This document shows positions 30,179-39,476 of a stretch of DNA of 64,000 bases, piece after piece. A program made the position numbers and the translations under genes. Numbering within the stretch: position 1 is the first letter of the stretch; each line of letters begins with the position of its first letter. The notes below the pieces were generated by a model. That model was given only the letters and a program-made list of their open reading frames with translations, did no database searches and was not told the origin of the DNA. Origin of the DNA: Gemmatimonadota bacterium (lineage in GTDB: Bacteria; Gemmatimonadota; Gemmatimonadetes; Palauibacterales; Palauibacteraceae); the NCBI GenBank assembly GCA_965116475.1, contig OZ220691.1, positions 128,001-192,000 on the forward strand, in the 5' to 3' direction.

Positions 30179-30997
30179 TCAGCTTCCGCCAGGAACGATG
30201 GAGCCCGCGACGACGCGGCGCAGGGCGCCCCCGCGTGGCCGCAGCAGCAGGGCGCCGTCCGGAGCGATCCCGGCCGCGAGGCCGATGGCGGGCTCGCGGT
30301 CGGAGAGCCGGTGCTCGACCCAGCGGTTCTTCAACCAGTCGAGCCGGTCGAGTTCGTCGAGCGACGCCGCATCGAGTGAGGTCGGCGCACGGGGGAGCCG
30401 GCGCTCGAGTCCCGCCACGACCGCGTCCGCAACGTCGACGAGGCGCGCCGGGCCCGTGCAGTCGGCGAGGGCCACCGCTCCGTCCACGTCATTCGGAAGC
30501 CGGCCGGCCTCGACGTTGATGCCGACGCCGACGACGAGGAACACGCCTCCGTCATCGGTCCGGGCCGTCTCCGCCAGGATGCCGCCGAGCTTCCGCTCGC
30601 GCGCCATGAGGTCGTTGGGCCACTTCACGGCCAAGCCGAGGCCCGGGAAGCGCCGGTTCAGTTCGCGGGCGAGATCGACGCCGGCGACGACCGTGACCAG
30701 CGGCGGGACGGTGGCTTCACGCGGGTGAAACGCCATGCTGAGATAGACGCCGCCTCCCGCCGGCGATGCCCAGCTCCGGCCCGCCCTTCCCCGCCCGGCC
30801 GTCTGCTCGCGGCAAAGCACGATCGTGCCGGACGGCGCCCCGGTTTCCGCCAGCTCGCGGGCGAGATCGTTCGTCGAAGGGATGCGGTCGAAGGCGAAGA
30901 CCGACTCCCGGTCCCATCGCTCGCGCAGCGCGGCGACGGGCTCCCCGGCCCAGCCCTCCGCCTGTTCTGCAAGCATGGCCGCTCCGATGTCAGTCAT
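30179..30997 (-). CDS. birA: Biotin-protein ligase (no N-terminal HTH seen)
   Basis: STND, QTAGRGR, KWPND, KLGGIL, GVGIN. Confidence 0.93.
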   Translation of the reverse strand: MTDIGAAMLAEQAEGWAGEPVAALRERWDRESVFAFDRIPSTNDLARELAETGAPSGTIVLCREQTAGRGRAGRSWASPAGGGVYLSMAFHPREATVPPLVTVVAGVDLARELNRRFPGLGLAVKWPNDLMARERKLGGILAETARTDDGGVFLVVGVGINVEAGRLPNDVDGAVALADCTGPARLVDVADAVVAGLERRLPRAPTSLDAASLDELDRLDWLKNRWVEHRLSDREPAIGLAAGIAPDGALLLRPRGGALRRVVAGSIVPGGS

Positions 30998-31064
30998 TCA
31001 ACAGGCATTCAACGATCATCCAACGATCATCCAACGATCAACCAACGATCAACCAACGGTCAGC
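30988..31064. repeat. Degenerate 11-bp tandem repeat (about 7 units) spanning the uppP-birA gap
   Basis: Minus strand: GCTGACCGTTG GTTGATCGTTG GTTGATCGTTG GATGATCGTTG GATGATCGTTG AATGCCTGTTG AATGACTGACA. Confidence 0.9.
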
Positions 31065-31860
31065 CACGCAACGCCGGCCAGATCGCGGCGGCGGCCAGGT
31101 ATCCTCCGCCGATGAGCCAGCAGTACCAGGCGAAGCGGTGGAATACGCGCCGTTCGAGCATCCGCAGGAAGATACGAATGGCGAAGACCCCTGACAGGGC
31201 CGACGCGGCGAAGGCGACCGCGAGGGGCAGCATCCCGACCGCGAGTCCGGCCGCGCCGAGATCCGGCGCCTGCAGCACGGCCGCCCCGCCGATCGCGGGG
31301 ATGGAGAGAAGAAAGGAGAACTCGGCCGCGCGGCGGGGTTCGACGCCGGCGGCGGTCGCCGCGGCCACGGTGCTCCCCGAGCGGGAAATGCCGGGCAGGA
31401 TGGCAAACGCCTGCGCCAGACCGATCGCCAGCGCGCCGGCGACCGTCGGCCGCGCGCGGGTGCCCCGGCGGGACAGGCGCCGGATCGACCAGACGATGGC
31501 GCCGGTGACGAGCAGCATCGCCGCCGCGAGCATGGGCCGCTCGAACGCGGGCTCCAGCGCGCCCCGCAGGCCGACTCCGACGGCGGCGGCGGGGAGCGAG
31601 GCCGCGGCCAGGAGCCCGACATCTCGGAGGCTCTCGCGATCCGCCGCGCACACACCCCGCACCAGCTCCGCGAGGCGTCCGCGATACACCCAGCACACGG
31701 CGCACAGCGTCGCGACGTGCGCGGTGACCTCGAACACGACGCCGGGAAGTGCGATTCCGAACAGCGCCTGCCCGAGCACGAGATGCCCGGAACTCGACAC
31801 GGGCAGGAACTCGGTGAGGCCCTGGACGACGCCGAGGACGAAGGCTTCGAACGGGTTCAC
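31060..31860 (-). CDS. uppP: Undecaprenyl-diphosphate phosphatase
   Basis: QGLTEFLPVSSSGH, PGISRSG. Confidence 0.95.
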   Translation of the reverse strand: MNPFEAFVLGVVQGLTEFLPVSSSGHLVLGQALFGIALPGVVFEVTAHVATLCAVCWVYRGRLAELVRGVCAADRESLRDVGLLAAASLPAAAVGVGLRGALEPAFERPMLAAAMLLVTGAIVWSIRRLSRRGTRARPTVAGALAIGLAQAFAILPGISRSGSTVAAATAAGVEPRRAAEFSFLLSIPAIGGAAVLQAPDLGAAGLAVGMLPLAVAFAASALSGVFAIRIFLRMLERRVFHRFAWYCWLIGGGYLAAAAIWPALRG

Positions 31861-33011
31861 CCGGTCCCCACGCCGGGACCCTCCCCGTCGGCGAGGACGC
31901 TACGGTAGAGCGACTCGTAACGGGGGACGATGCGGTCGATCGTGAAGCGCTCAAGGGCTCGCTCCCGCGACGCGCGCGAGAACGCGTCCCAGCGCGCCTC
32001 ATCGCGCAGCAGCGAGATCGCCGACGTCGCCATGGCGTCGACCGCTCCGACCGGATGGAGGTAGCCGGTGACGCCGTGCTCGACGACCTCGTCGAGGCCC
32101 GTCCCGGAGGACCCCACCACGGGAACGGCGGAAGCCTGCGCTTCCAGGGCCACCAGGCCGAAGGACTCCTGCTCGCTCGGGAGCAGAAAGAGGTCCGCGC
32201 CCGCGAGGAGTTCGGCGACGGAGTCGATCTTGCCGAGAAACACGACCCGTTCCGCGATGCCCAGCTCCGTGGCGATCTCCGCAGCGCGCTGCCGCTCCGG
32301 ACCATCACCCACGAGGATGAGGCGAGCCGGCAGGGCGCGCTGGATCCGCGCGAACATCTCCATGAGATCCGGGATCCGCTTGACCGCACGGAAATTCGAG
32401 ATGTGCATCACGACCTTCTCTCCGGCCCGCGCGAGCCGGTGCCGGCCCCGATAGCGCTCGCGGTCGTAGATCTTCGGATCGACGAAGTTCGGGATGACCT
32501 CGATCGCGCAGCGGCTGCAGTCGAAGTCGCGGTGCGTCCGCTCGCGGAGCCACTCGGAGACGGCGGTGAGGCGGTCGGACTTCTCGATGGAGAAGCGCGT
32601 GATCGACCAGTACGAGGGGTCCTGGCCCACGAGCGTGATGTCCGTGCCGTGCAGCGTCGTCACGAGCTTCACGTCCCGGCCCCCGTCCCGGAGCATGTCG
32701 CGCGCGATCCAGCCCGCCGTGGCGTGCGGAATCGCGTAGTGCACGTGGAGGAGGTCGAGTGCCTCGCGCCGCGCCACTTCGTGCATCGTGACGGCGAGCG
32801 CGAGCGAGTAGGGAGGATACTCGAACAGCGGGTAGCGGTTGACCTCGACTTCGTGGAAGTAGACGCCGTCGATGAAGTGCGTGAGACGGAACGGCTGGGC
32901 ATAGGAGATGAAGTGTACCTCGTGCCCCCGGCGGGCGAGGCCGAGCCCCAGTTCGGTAGCGATCGCTCCGGAGCCGCCGTATGTCGGATAGCACGTGATC
33001 CCGATCTTCAT
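31857..33011 (-). CDS. bshA: N-acetyl-alpha-D-glucosaminyl L-malate synthase (GT4)
   Basis: MKIGITCYPTYGGSG, HVHYAIPH, TTLHGTDITLVG, HISNFR, ESFGL. Confidence 0.93.
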   Translation of the reverse strand: MKIGITCYPTYGGSGAIATELGLGLARRGHEVHFISYAQPFRLTHFIDGVYFHEVEVNRYPLFEYPPYSLALAVTMHEVARREALDLLHVHYAIPHATAGWIARDMLRDGGRDVKLVTTLHGTDITLVGQDPSYWSITRFSIEKSDRLTAVSEWLRERTHRDFDCSRCAIEVIPNFVDPKIYDRERYRGRHRLARAGEKVVMHISNFRAVKRIPDLMEMFARIQRALPARLILVGDGPERQRAAEIATELGIAERVVFLGKIDSVAELLAGADLFLLPSEQESFGLVALEAQASAVPVVGSSGTGLDEVVEHGVTGYLHPVGAVDAMATSAISLLRDEARWDAFSRASRERALERFTIDRIVPRYESLYRSVLADGEGPGVGTG

Positions 33012-33021
33012 CGTCCCGTCT

Positions 33022-33966
33022 TCACCCTGATTCGCGCCAGTCATCCGAGATGCGGCGCGCAAGTTGTTCCGGTGTCGTCGACCCGTCCAGCACCCGAACC
33101 ACGACGGTGTCGTCCGGGACCTGGTGCCGGAACCATGTCCGCTGCCGGCGCGCGTAGCGCCAGGTAGCCCTCGACACGCGCTCGATCGTCTCGTCGACCC
33201 CCGCCTCGCCACGGACGAGCGCCGCGACATCCGCGTAGCCCAGCGCGTTGAAGGCGGGCGATCCGTCGAGGCCCCGCGTCAGCAGGTGTCGAACCTCCTC
33301 CGGCCAGGCGCCACCGCGGATCAACGCGTCGGCGCGGCGTTCGATCCGTTCGCGCAGGAGCGGCGCGGCCCACTCCAGCACATGGGTCGCGGTCCGCAGC
33401 GGCGGGCGTTCGGCCGGGGCGCTTGTCATCCAGCGGGTGAGCGGCTTGCCCGTCAGGAGCGCGAGTTCCACCGTGCGCGCCGCCCGCTGCCGGTCGAGCG
33501 GACGGCGCCGCGCCGCCAGCGCCGCATCGAGTCGCGCCGCCCAGCGGGTGAGTTCCTCGCGTTCGAGTGCACCCAGCCAGGCGTGCAGGGCCGCGCGTCG
33601 CGCCGGCTCGAGCGGGGGCTCTTCGAACATCGGGTGCGTGAGCGCGCGCAGAAACAAGCCCGTCCCGCCCGTGAAGATGGGGACGCGCCCCCGGGCCCGG
33701 ATCTCCGCGAGCCATCGGGTTGCCAGGCGGGCGAATCGGCCCGCGCCGTAGCGTTCGTGCGGGTCGAGAAAGCCAACGCCGTGGTGCGGCGCCGCGCGGA
33801 GTTCGCCGGCGGAAGGCGCTGCGGTCCCGATGGCGAAGCCGCGGTACGCCTGCCGGCTGTCCATGGAGATGATTTCGCCATCCAGCCGGCGCGCGATCTC
33901 GATGGCGACGGCCGTCTTGCCGGAGGCGGTAGGCCCCGCGATGACCGACACGGGCGGACTCCCCAT
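33022..33966 (-). CDS. miaA: tRNA dimethylallyltransferase
   Basis: GPTASGKT, DSRQAY, GGTGLF, YARRQRTWF. Confidence 0.95.
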   Translation of the reverse strand: MGSPPVSVIAGPTASGKTAVAIEIARRLDGEIISMDSRQAYRGFAIGTAAPSAGELRAAPHHGVGFLDPHERYGAGRFARLATRWLAEIRARGRVPIFTGGTGLFLRALTHPMFEEPPLEPARRAALHAWLGALEREELTRWAARLDAALAARRRPLDRQRAARTVELALLTGKPLTRWMTSAPAERPPLRTATHVLEWAAPLLRERIERRADALIRGGAWPEEVRHLLTRGLDGSPAFNALGYADVAALVRGEAGVDETIERVSRATWRYARRQRTWFRHQVPDDTVVVRVLDGSTTPEQLARRISDDWRESG

Positions 33967-33977
33967 GGGCGCGGCGG

Positions 33978-35765
33978 CTACCCGCGGCCGAACCGCCGGT
34001 CGAGCTCCTCGACGCTCAAGCGCACGATCGTCGGGCGGCCGTGGACATCGTGTCCGGGCAGCGGAGTCGCGAACAACCGGTCGAAGAGTTCCCTCGCCTC
34101 TTCCGGGGAGATCTGCTCACCCGCCTTGATGGCTCCCTTGCACGCCATGCTCATCGCGACGCGCTCGTGCTGGCTGCGCGCGGCGTTCACGAGCGGCGAT
34201 CCTTCCGCCAGTTCCCGCACCATCTCGCGCAGGCAGCGCTCGGCGTCGAACCGGGCGTGAGGCTGCGGGGCCGCCGTCAGGATCCAGGTCCGCTCGCCGA
34301 ACGGCTCCAGCTCGAAGCCCTGCCGGGCGAGCAATCCGGCGAGATCCTCGAGCGCCTCGGCCTCCGGAGGCGAGAACTGCAGCGTAACCGGAAAGAGGAG
34401 CGCCTGGGAGGCGCCCCCTCCCGCTTCGAACCGCGCCATGATCTCCTCGTAGAGCACCCGCTCGTGCGCCGAGTGCTGGTCGACGATGAGGAGCCCTTCG
34501 CGGGTCGCGGCCAGAATGTAACGGTCGTGGAGCTGCCACAGGTCCGGACCGGCGAAGGGCGCCGCCCCTTCCTGCCCGCTCGCACCGGTTTCGGCCCCGG
34601 GCTCGCCCGGCCTGCCCGCGTCGTCCCGTCCCGAGACGAAGAGCGCGAACTGCGGCATCTCCGCGGGCGGCTCGCCACGGGGCTTCACGGCGCCCCCGCG
34701 GGACGGCGTTCCATGGCCCGGCTCCACGTCGGATCCGTCGCCCGCGATGCCCACCGGCTTCGTCGAATCGAGCCGCGCCAGCGCGGCGCGCACGGCATCC
34801 CGAACGGCCGTCTCGACGCTCTCGCGGTCGCGGAAACGCACCTCTGCCTTGGCCGGATGGACGTTGACGTCGACCGATGCGGGCGGCGTCTCGATGCGCA
34901 GGAAGAGACTCGGCCGGAGGCCCTCGACGACCGTCGTCCGGAAAGCGTCATCCACCAGCCGCAGCAGAGCGGGATCCCGGAAGGGGCGGCCGTTGACGAA
35001 GGCGTAACGGCGGCCTCCCCTCGCGCGCGCCGCATCGGGCCGCTGGATGAAGCCCCGGACCCGCACGGGGCCGCCCGCTTCCTCCACGGGGATAAGCGTG
35101 GGGGCGAGGTCGCCCCAGAGTTGAGCGATTCGTCCGAGCCAGTCGCGCGCCGGGGCGAGGTCCATGGAGACGCGGCGATTCGACTCGAGCCGGAAGGCGA
35201 CGGCGGGGTTCGCGAGCGCGAGGAGCACGAGCGCTTCTCCCGCGGCCCGCGTCTCGGCGGCCGAACTCCGGAGGAACTTTGCGCGGGCCGGGAGGTCGTG
35301 GAACAGCGCGCGGACCGTCACGGTCGTGCCGCGCCGGCGCGGCACGTCATCGACGCTGCGGATGCACCCGAAATCCACGCGCGCCCGCACGCCCTCTTCC
35401 GGACGCACCGCCGTGTGCAGTTCGAAACGGCTGACGGCCGCGATGGAGGGCAGCGCCTCGCCGCGGAAGCCGAAGGAGCGGACGTTTCGCAGGTCATCCA
35501 CGCTCCGGATCTTGCTCGTCGCGTGCCGGTCCAGCGCGAGCACGGCGTCCTCGCGGTTCATCCCGCTCCCGTCGTCCGAGACCCGGATTGCGGTCTTCCC
35601 GCCGTTACGGAGCGCGACCTCGACCCGGCGCGCCCCGGCATCGACCGCGTTCTCGGCGAGTTCCTTGACGACGGAGGCGGGCCGCTCCACGACCTCGCCC
35701 GCCGCAATCTGGTTCGCGACGTGGTCCGGGAGGATCTGCACACCACCCGACCCCCGGCGATTCAC
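33978..35765 (-). CDS. mutL: DNA mismatch repair endonuclease MutL
   Basis: NQIAAGEVVERPASVVKEL, GFRGEAL, DVNVHP, DQHSAHERVLYE, ACK, HGRP. Confidence 0.96.
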   Translation of the reverse strand: MNRRGSGGVQILPDHVANQIAAGEVVERPASVVKELAENAVDAGARRVEVALRNGGKTAIRVSDDGSGMNREDAVLALDRHATSKIRSVDDLRNVRSFGFRGEALPSIAAVSRFELHTAVRPEEGVRARVDFGCIRSVDDVPRRRGTTVTVRALFHDLPARAKFLRSSAAETRAAGEALVLLALANPAVAFRLESNRRVSMDLAPARDWLGRIAQLWGDLAPTLIPVEEAGGPVRVRGFIQRPDAARARGGRRYAFVNGRPFRDPALLRLVDDAFRTTVVEGLRPSLFLRIETPPASVDVNVHPAKAEVRFRDRESVETAVRDAVRAALARLDSTKPVGIAGDGSDVEPGHGTPSRGGAVKPRGEPPAEMPQFALFVSGRDDAGRPGEPGAETGASGQEGAAPFAGPDLWQLHDRYILAATREGLLIVDQHSAHERVLYEEIMARFEAGGGASQALLFPVTLQFSPPEAEALEDLAGLLARQGFELEPFGERTWILTAAPQPHARFDAERCLREMVRELAEGSPLVNAARSQHERVAMSMACKGAIKAGEQISPEEARELFDRLFATPLPGHDVHGRPTIVRLSVEELDRRFGRG

Positions 35766-36553
35766 GGGGCGTCCTCCAGGCCGTAGAAGCGGCGGGCGTT
35801 CCTCGCCGTGAGCGCCGCGGCTTCCTCGCAGGACATGCCGCGCACCTCCGCCAGCCGCTCGCACGTGTGCGTGAGGTAGGCGGGTTCGTTGCGGCGCCCC
35901 CGGCGGGGGGCGGGCGCGAGGTAGGGAGCGTCCGTCTCGATGAGGAGTCGGTCCGCCGGCACGGCGCGGACCCACTCGGCCAGCTCGGGCACGAACGTGA
36001 TGAGGCCCGAAAAGGAGACGTACCAGTCGGCATCCAGGGCGGCACGGAGGAGTGCCTCGCCTCCCGTGAAGCAGTGCAGCACCCCGGCGGCGCCGTCGCC
36101 GTACTCCCTCACCCGCTCCGCCGTCTCGGCCTCCGCGGAGCGCGAATGTACGACGATCGGCAGACCGAGCCGGGCCGCCAGCCCGAGGTGCGCCTCGAAG
36201 TTCTCCAGCTGCGCCGTCCGGGCCGCATTGTCGTAATGGAAATCGAGCCCCGTCTCCCCGATCGCGACGACCTCGGGGGCTGCGGCGATGCGCTCGATCT
36301 CGCTCATGAGCGAGGACGAGGTCCGGTCCGCCGCGTGGGGATGGAGCCCCGCCGTGGCCCACAGGCCGGGCGTCCGCGCGGCCAGCGCCACGGCCCGCTC
36401 GGCGTCCTCGGGGTCCGAGGCGACCGTGACCATGCGGCGCACGCCGCGCGCGCGGGCCCGGTCCAGCACCTCGTCGAGATCGGGGGCGAAGCGGGCCGCC
36501 GTCAGATGAAGGTGCGAATCGAAGAGCGTCGTCCCGGCTCCGGTACCGGTCAC
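35762..36553 (-). CDS. TatD-family hydrolase/DNase
   Basis: DSHLH, GLHPH, IGETGLD, HSR, HCF, ETDAP. Confidence 0.93.
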   Translation of the reverse strand: MTGTGAGTTLFDSHLHLTAARFAPDLDEVLDRARARGVRRMVTVASDPEDAERAVALAARTPGLWATAGLHPHAADRTSSSLMSEIERIAAAPEVVAIGETGLDFHYDNAARTAQLENFEAHLGLAARLGLPIVVHSRSAEAETAERVREYGDGAAGVLHCFTGGEALLRAALDADWYVSFSGLITFVPELAEWVRAVPADRLLIETDAPYLAPAPRRGRRNEPAYLTHTCERLAEVRGMSCEEAAALTARNARRFYGLEDAP

Positions 36554-36568
36554 CCCTGGCCCGGCGAG

Positions 36569-37504
36569 CTAGGCGCTGCGGGCGGCGATCGCGGAGCGCC
36601 TGCGGGCCCGGTCGTGAATCTCCAGGAGAACGGGAGACGCGACGAAGATCGAGGAGTACGTCCCGATGAGCACGCCGATGATGAGCACGCTCGCGAAGGG
36701 CCGAATCACGGCGCCCCCGATCACGACCAGCGACACCAGCGCGATCAGCGTCGTGCCGCTCGTGAGGACCGTTCGGGGCAGTGTCTCGTTCAGGCTGCGG
36801 TTGAGCGTCGCATCGTACGATTCCTTCCGCTTCTTCCTGATATTCTCCCGCACGCGGTCGAAGACGACGATCGTGTCGTTGAGCGAATACCCGATGATCG
36901 TGAGAATCGCAGCGACGGTCGCGAGGTTGATCTCGATGTCGAACAGCGAGATGAACCCGAACGTGATGAGCATGTCGTGCACCGTCGCGATGACGGCGGC
37001 GACGCCGAACCGCCACTCGAAACGGAAGGCGAGGTAGATCAGGGTCAGGAGGAAGGAGAGCAGCACGGCGATGACGGCGGTGCGCTGGAACTCGTCGCCC
37101 ACCTTGGCGCTCAACGTATCGCCGCGCGCGATCTCGAAGCTGCCGGCGGAGTACTGCGTCTCGAGGCTCGTCCTGATCTGGTCCCGGATCGCGTTCTGGT
37201 CCTCATCCTCCCCTACCGGCACGCGCAGCAGGAAGTCGAACGTCTCCGCTCCCACCGTCCGCAGCTGCTGAATCTGGACGCCCGTCGTGCCCCCGGCCGT
37301 CAGTGCGTCGCGGATCTGGCCCACATCGGTCGTCTGCGAGAACTGCACCTCGAGCAGCACGCCGCCCGTGAACTCCACGCCCGTCCGCAGCCCGCCACGA
37401 AAGATGATCGACAGGAGGCCGATCGTGATGATCGCGGCCGACGCGAAGTACGCCGGCCGGCGCATGGAGAGGAACTTGTAGTTCGCGTTCTGGAAGACCC
37501 TCAT
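36569..37504 (-). CDS. secF: Protein translocase subunit SecF
   Basis: GVEFTGG, GYSLNDTIVVFDRVRE, GTYSSIF. Confidence 0.96.
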   Translation of the reverse strand: MRVFQNANYKFLSMRRPAYFASAAIITIGLLSIIFRGGLRTGVEFTGGVLLEVQFSQTTDVGQIRDALTAGGTTGVQIQQLRTVGAETFDFLLRVPVGEDEDQNAIRDQIRTSLETQYSAGSFEIARGDTLSAKVGDEFQRTAVIAVLLSFLLTLIYLAFRFEWRFGVAAVIATVHDMLITFGFISLFDIEINLATVAAILTIIGYSLNDTIVVFDRVRENIRKKRKESYDATLNRSLNETLPRTVLTSGTTLIALVSLVVIGGAVIRPFASVLIIGVLIGTYSSIFVASPVLLEIHDRARRRSAIAARSA

Positions 37505-37517
37505 GATGACTTCGTTC

Positions 37518-39239
37518 CTATATGCTCACGGACTCCCGGGAGCCGCGTCGGTTCAGGTACATGATGAAGAGCGTCCGCGTCACGTAGATCGCGGAGAAGA
37601 ACGACGCGAGGATCCCGATGCAGAGCGTGACGGCGAAGCCCCGCACCGCGCCGGTCCCGAACTGGAAGAGGATGATCCCGGTGATGAGCGTGGTGAGGTT
37701 CGCGTCCACGATCGCCGACAGGGCGTTGCCGAATCCCGCGTCCACCGCCGTGCGCGGCGTCTTCCCCGCCCCGAGTTCCTCGCGCACCCGTTCGAAGATG
37801 AGGACGTTCGCATCCACCGCCATTCCGATGGAGAGGATGAGACCCGCGATGCCCGGCAGAGTGAGCGTCGCGTCGAGGCCGGCCAGGCCGCCCAGCATGA
37901 GGATGACGTACGTGAGCAGCGCCCCGACGGCGAGGATTCCCGCCGCCCGGTAGTAGATCATCATGATGATGATCACGCCGACGATCCCGATGATGAAGGC
38001 GGTGCGGCCCTGCCGGATGGAGTCTTCGCCGAGCGAGGCGCTCACGTTGCGCTCCTCGACGACCTCGATCGGCATGGGCAGCGCACCGGCCCGAAGGACG
38101 AGCGCGAGTTCCTGCGCCTCCTGGAAGGACGCGCCGGGGGTGAGTTCGATCTGGGCGCGCCGGCTCAGAACGCTGCGGATGACGGCGTAGCTCTGGACCC
38201 GGTCGTCGAGGACGATGGCCATGTTCTCGCCGATGTTGCGCGCCGTGCCGCGCTCGAAGACCCGCGAGCCGCGCCGGGTCGTCTCGAACGGAACGATCGG
38301 CTGGTTGAAGGTCGGGTCGCGGTTCGCCGGCCCCGCGTCCTGAAGCATGTCGCCGGTAATGAGCGGTTCCGCCTCGAGCACATAGAGCGGCACGTACGCT
38401 CCCGCGCCCGCCCCGACCTGCTCCACTCCCCAGTGAAGCGTGACGCCGCGGGGGAGCGCTTCCCGGACGCCCTCGAGTTCCAGCCACGCCGCCGCAGTGG
38501 GCTGATCCTCCTGCGGTACGAGGTACTCGCCGAGGATCCGTCCCTGTCCGAGCAGCGCCGACAGAGGTCGCGCGGTGGCCTCATCCACGGCGTCGGCCGT
38601 CTCCTCTTCGGCGGCGAGGGAGTCGGCGGCCGGAGCCTCCCCGTCAGCCGGATCCTCGCCTTCGGCCGCGCCCTCCTCGGCCACCGGATCCTCCACCGCG
38701 GCGGAATCGGCGGCGCCACCGAGGATATCGCTCAGGTCCACTTCCGGTTCGGTCTCCAGCGGTGTGACCTGGAGGTTCTCGATCCCCACCGCGCTCACGA
38801 TCGCGCGGTCGATCCGCTCCAGTGCGTCCATGAACTCCTGACCGTCCGTGACGATCTTGAACTCCATGAACGCGGTCTCGGTGGCGATCCGCTTCGCCTG
38901 CTCCGGGTCGTCGACCCCCGCGAGTTCGATGATGATGCGGTTGCCGGAGCGCTGGATCGTCGGCTCGCGGACGCCGAACTCGTCGATCCGGTTCCGAATC
39001 GTCGTGAGCGTGCGCTCGACCGCATCGTCGAGATCCTGCCCGCTGAGAGTGCCCTCGGGGTCGTAGATCTCGACCGCGAGGTGCATGCCGCCCTGCAGGT
39101 CCAGTCCGAGCTTGAGCGGCCAGACCCGCTCCGACTCGCCCGTGACTTCGTCCACGATGGTCTCGGGCACCAGGGCGAAACCGCAAATGGCTACCAGAAC
39201 GGCGATCCAGACCAACCGCCAGCGTACCGAACCGAACAT
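37518..39239 (-). CDS. secD: Protein translocase subunit SecD
   Basis: LGLDLQGG, RIDEFGV, GMAVDANVLIFER, DANLTT. Confidence 0.96.
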   Translation of the reverse strand: MFGSVRWRLVWIAVLVAICGFALVPETIVDEVTGESERVWPLKLGLDLQGGMHLAVEIYDPEGTLSGQDLDDAVERTLTTIRNRIDEFGVREPTIQRSGNRIIIELAGVDDPEQAKRIATETAFMEFKIVTDGQEFMDALERIDRAIVSAVGIENLQVTPLETEPEVDLSDILGGAADSAAVEDPVAEEGAAEGEDPADGEAPAADSLAAEEETADAVDEATARPLSALLGQGRILGEYLVPQEDQPTAAAWLELEGVREALPRGVTLHWGVEQVGAGAGAYVPLYVLEAEPLITGDMLQDAGPANRDPTFNQPIVPFETTRRGSRVFERGTARNIGENMAIVLDDRVQSYAVIRSVLSRRAQIELTPGASFQEAQELALVLRAGALPMPIEVVEERNVSASLGEDSIRQGRTAFIIGIVGVIIIMMIYYRAAGILAVGALLTYVILMLGGLAGLDATLTLPGIAGLILSIGMAVDANVLIFERVREELGAGKTPRTAVDAGFGNALSAIVDANLTTLITGIILFQFGTGAVRGFAVTLCIGILASFFSAIYVTRTLFIMYLNRRGSRESVSI

Positions 39240-39476
39240 CTAGATTGTCACCGTTCTTCGTGGGTCTCGTGATCGCGGCCCGCGGCGAGGGTTCGAGCGA
39301 CCCCGGCCTGGCAGCCCGCTGCAAAGGGACGCAAAAGCTAGCCCAGCCGCCCTTGAGAGGAAACTACGCGGCGTCCCGCGCCGGATGGTACGTTCCTCCG
39401 CCGCGGCGCGCCATCTCCGGCGGCGCGCGCCGGGCCCCGCGCGGACGGGAACAAATCCGGAGCGGCGAGGAAGCTC

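Noticed and set aside
30988..31064. CRISPR array
   Set aside because: Units are 11 bp, directly adjacent, with no spacers and no cas genes; this is a minisatellite.
39275..39300. Possible att remnant resembling the tRNA-Ile2 3' end upstream of secD
   Set aside because: Weak gapped similarity expected by chance at this GC content; no integrase.
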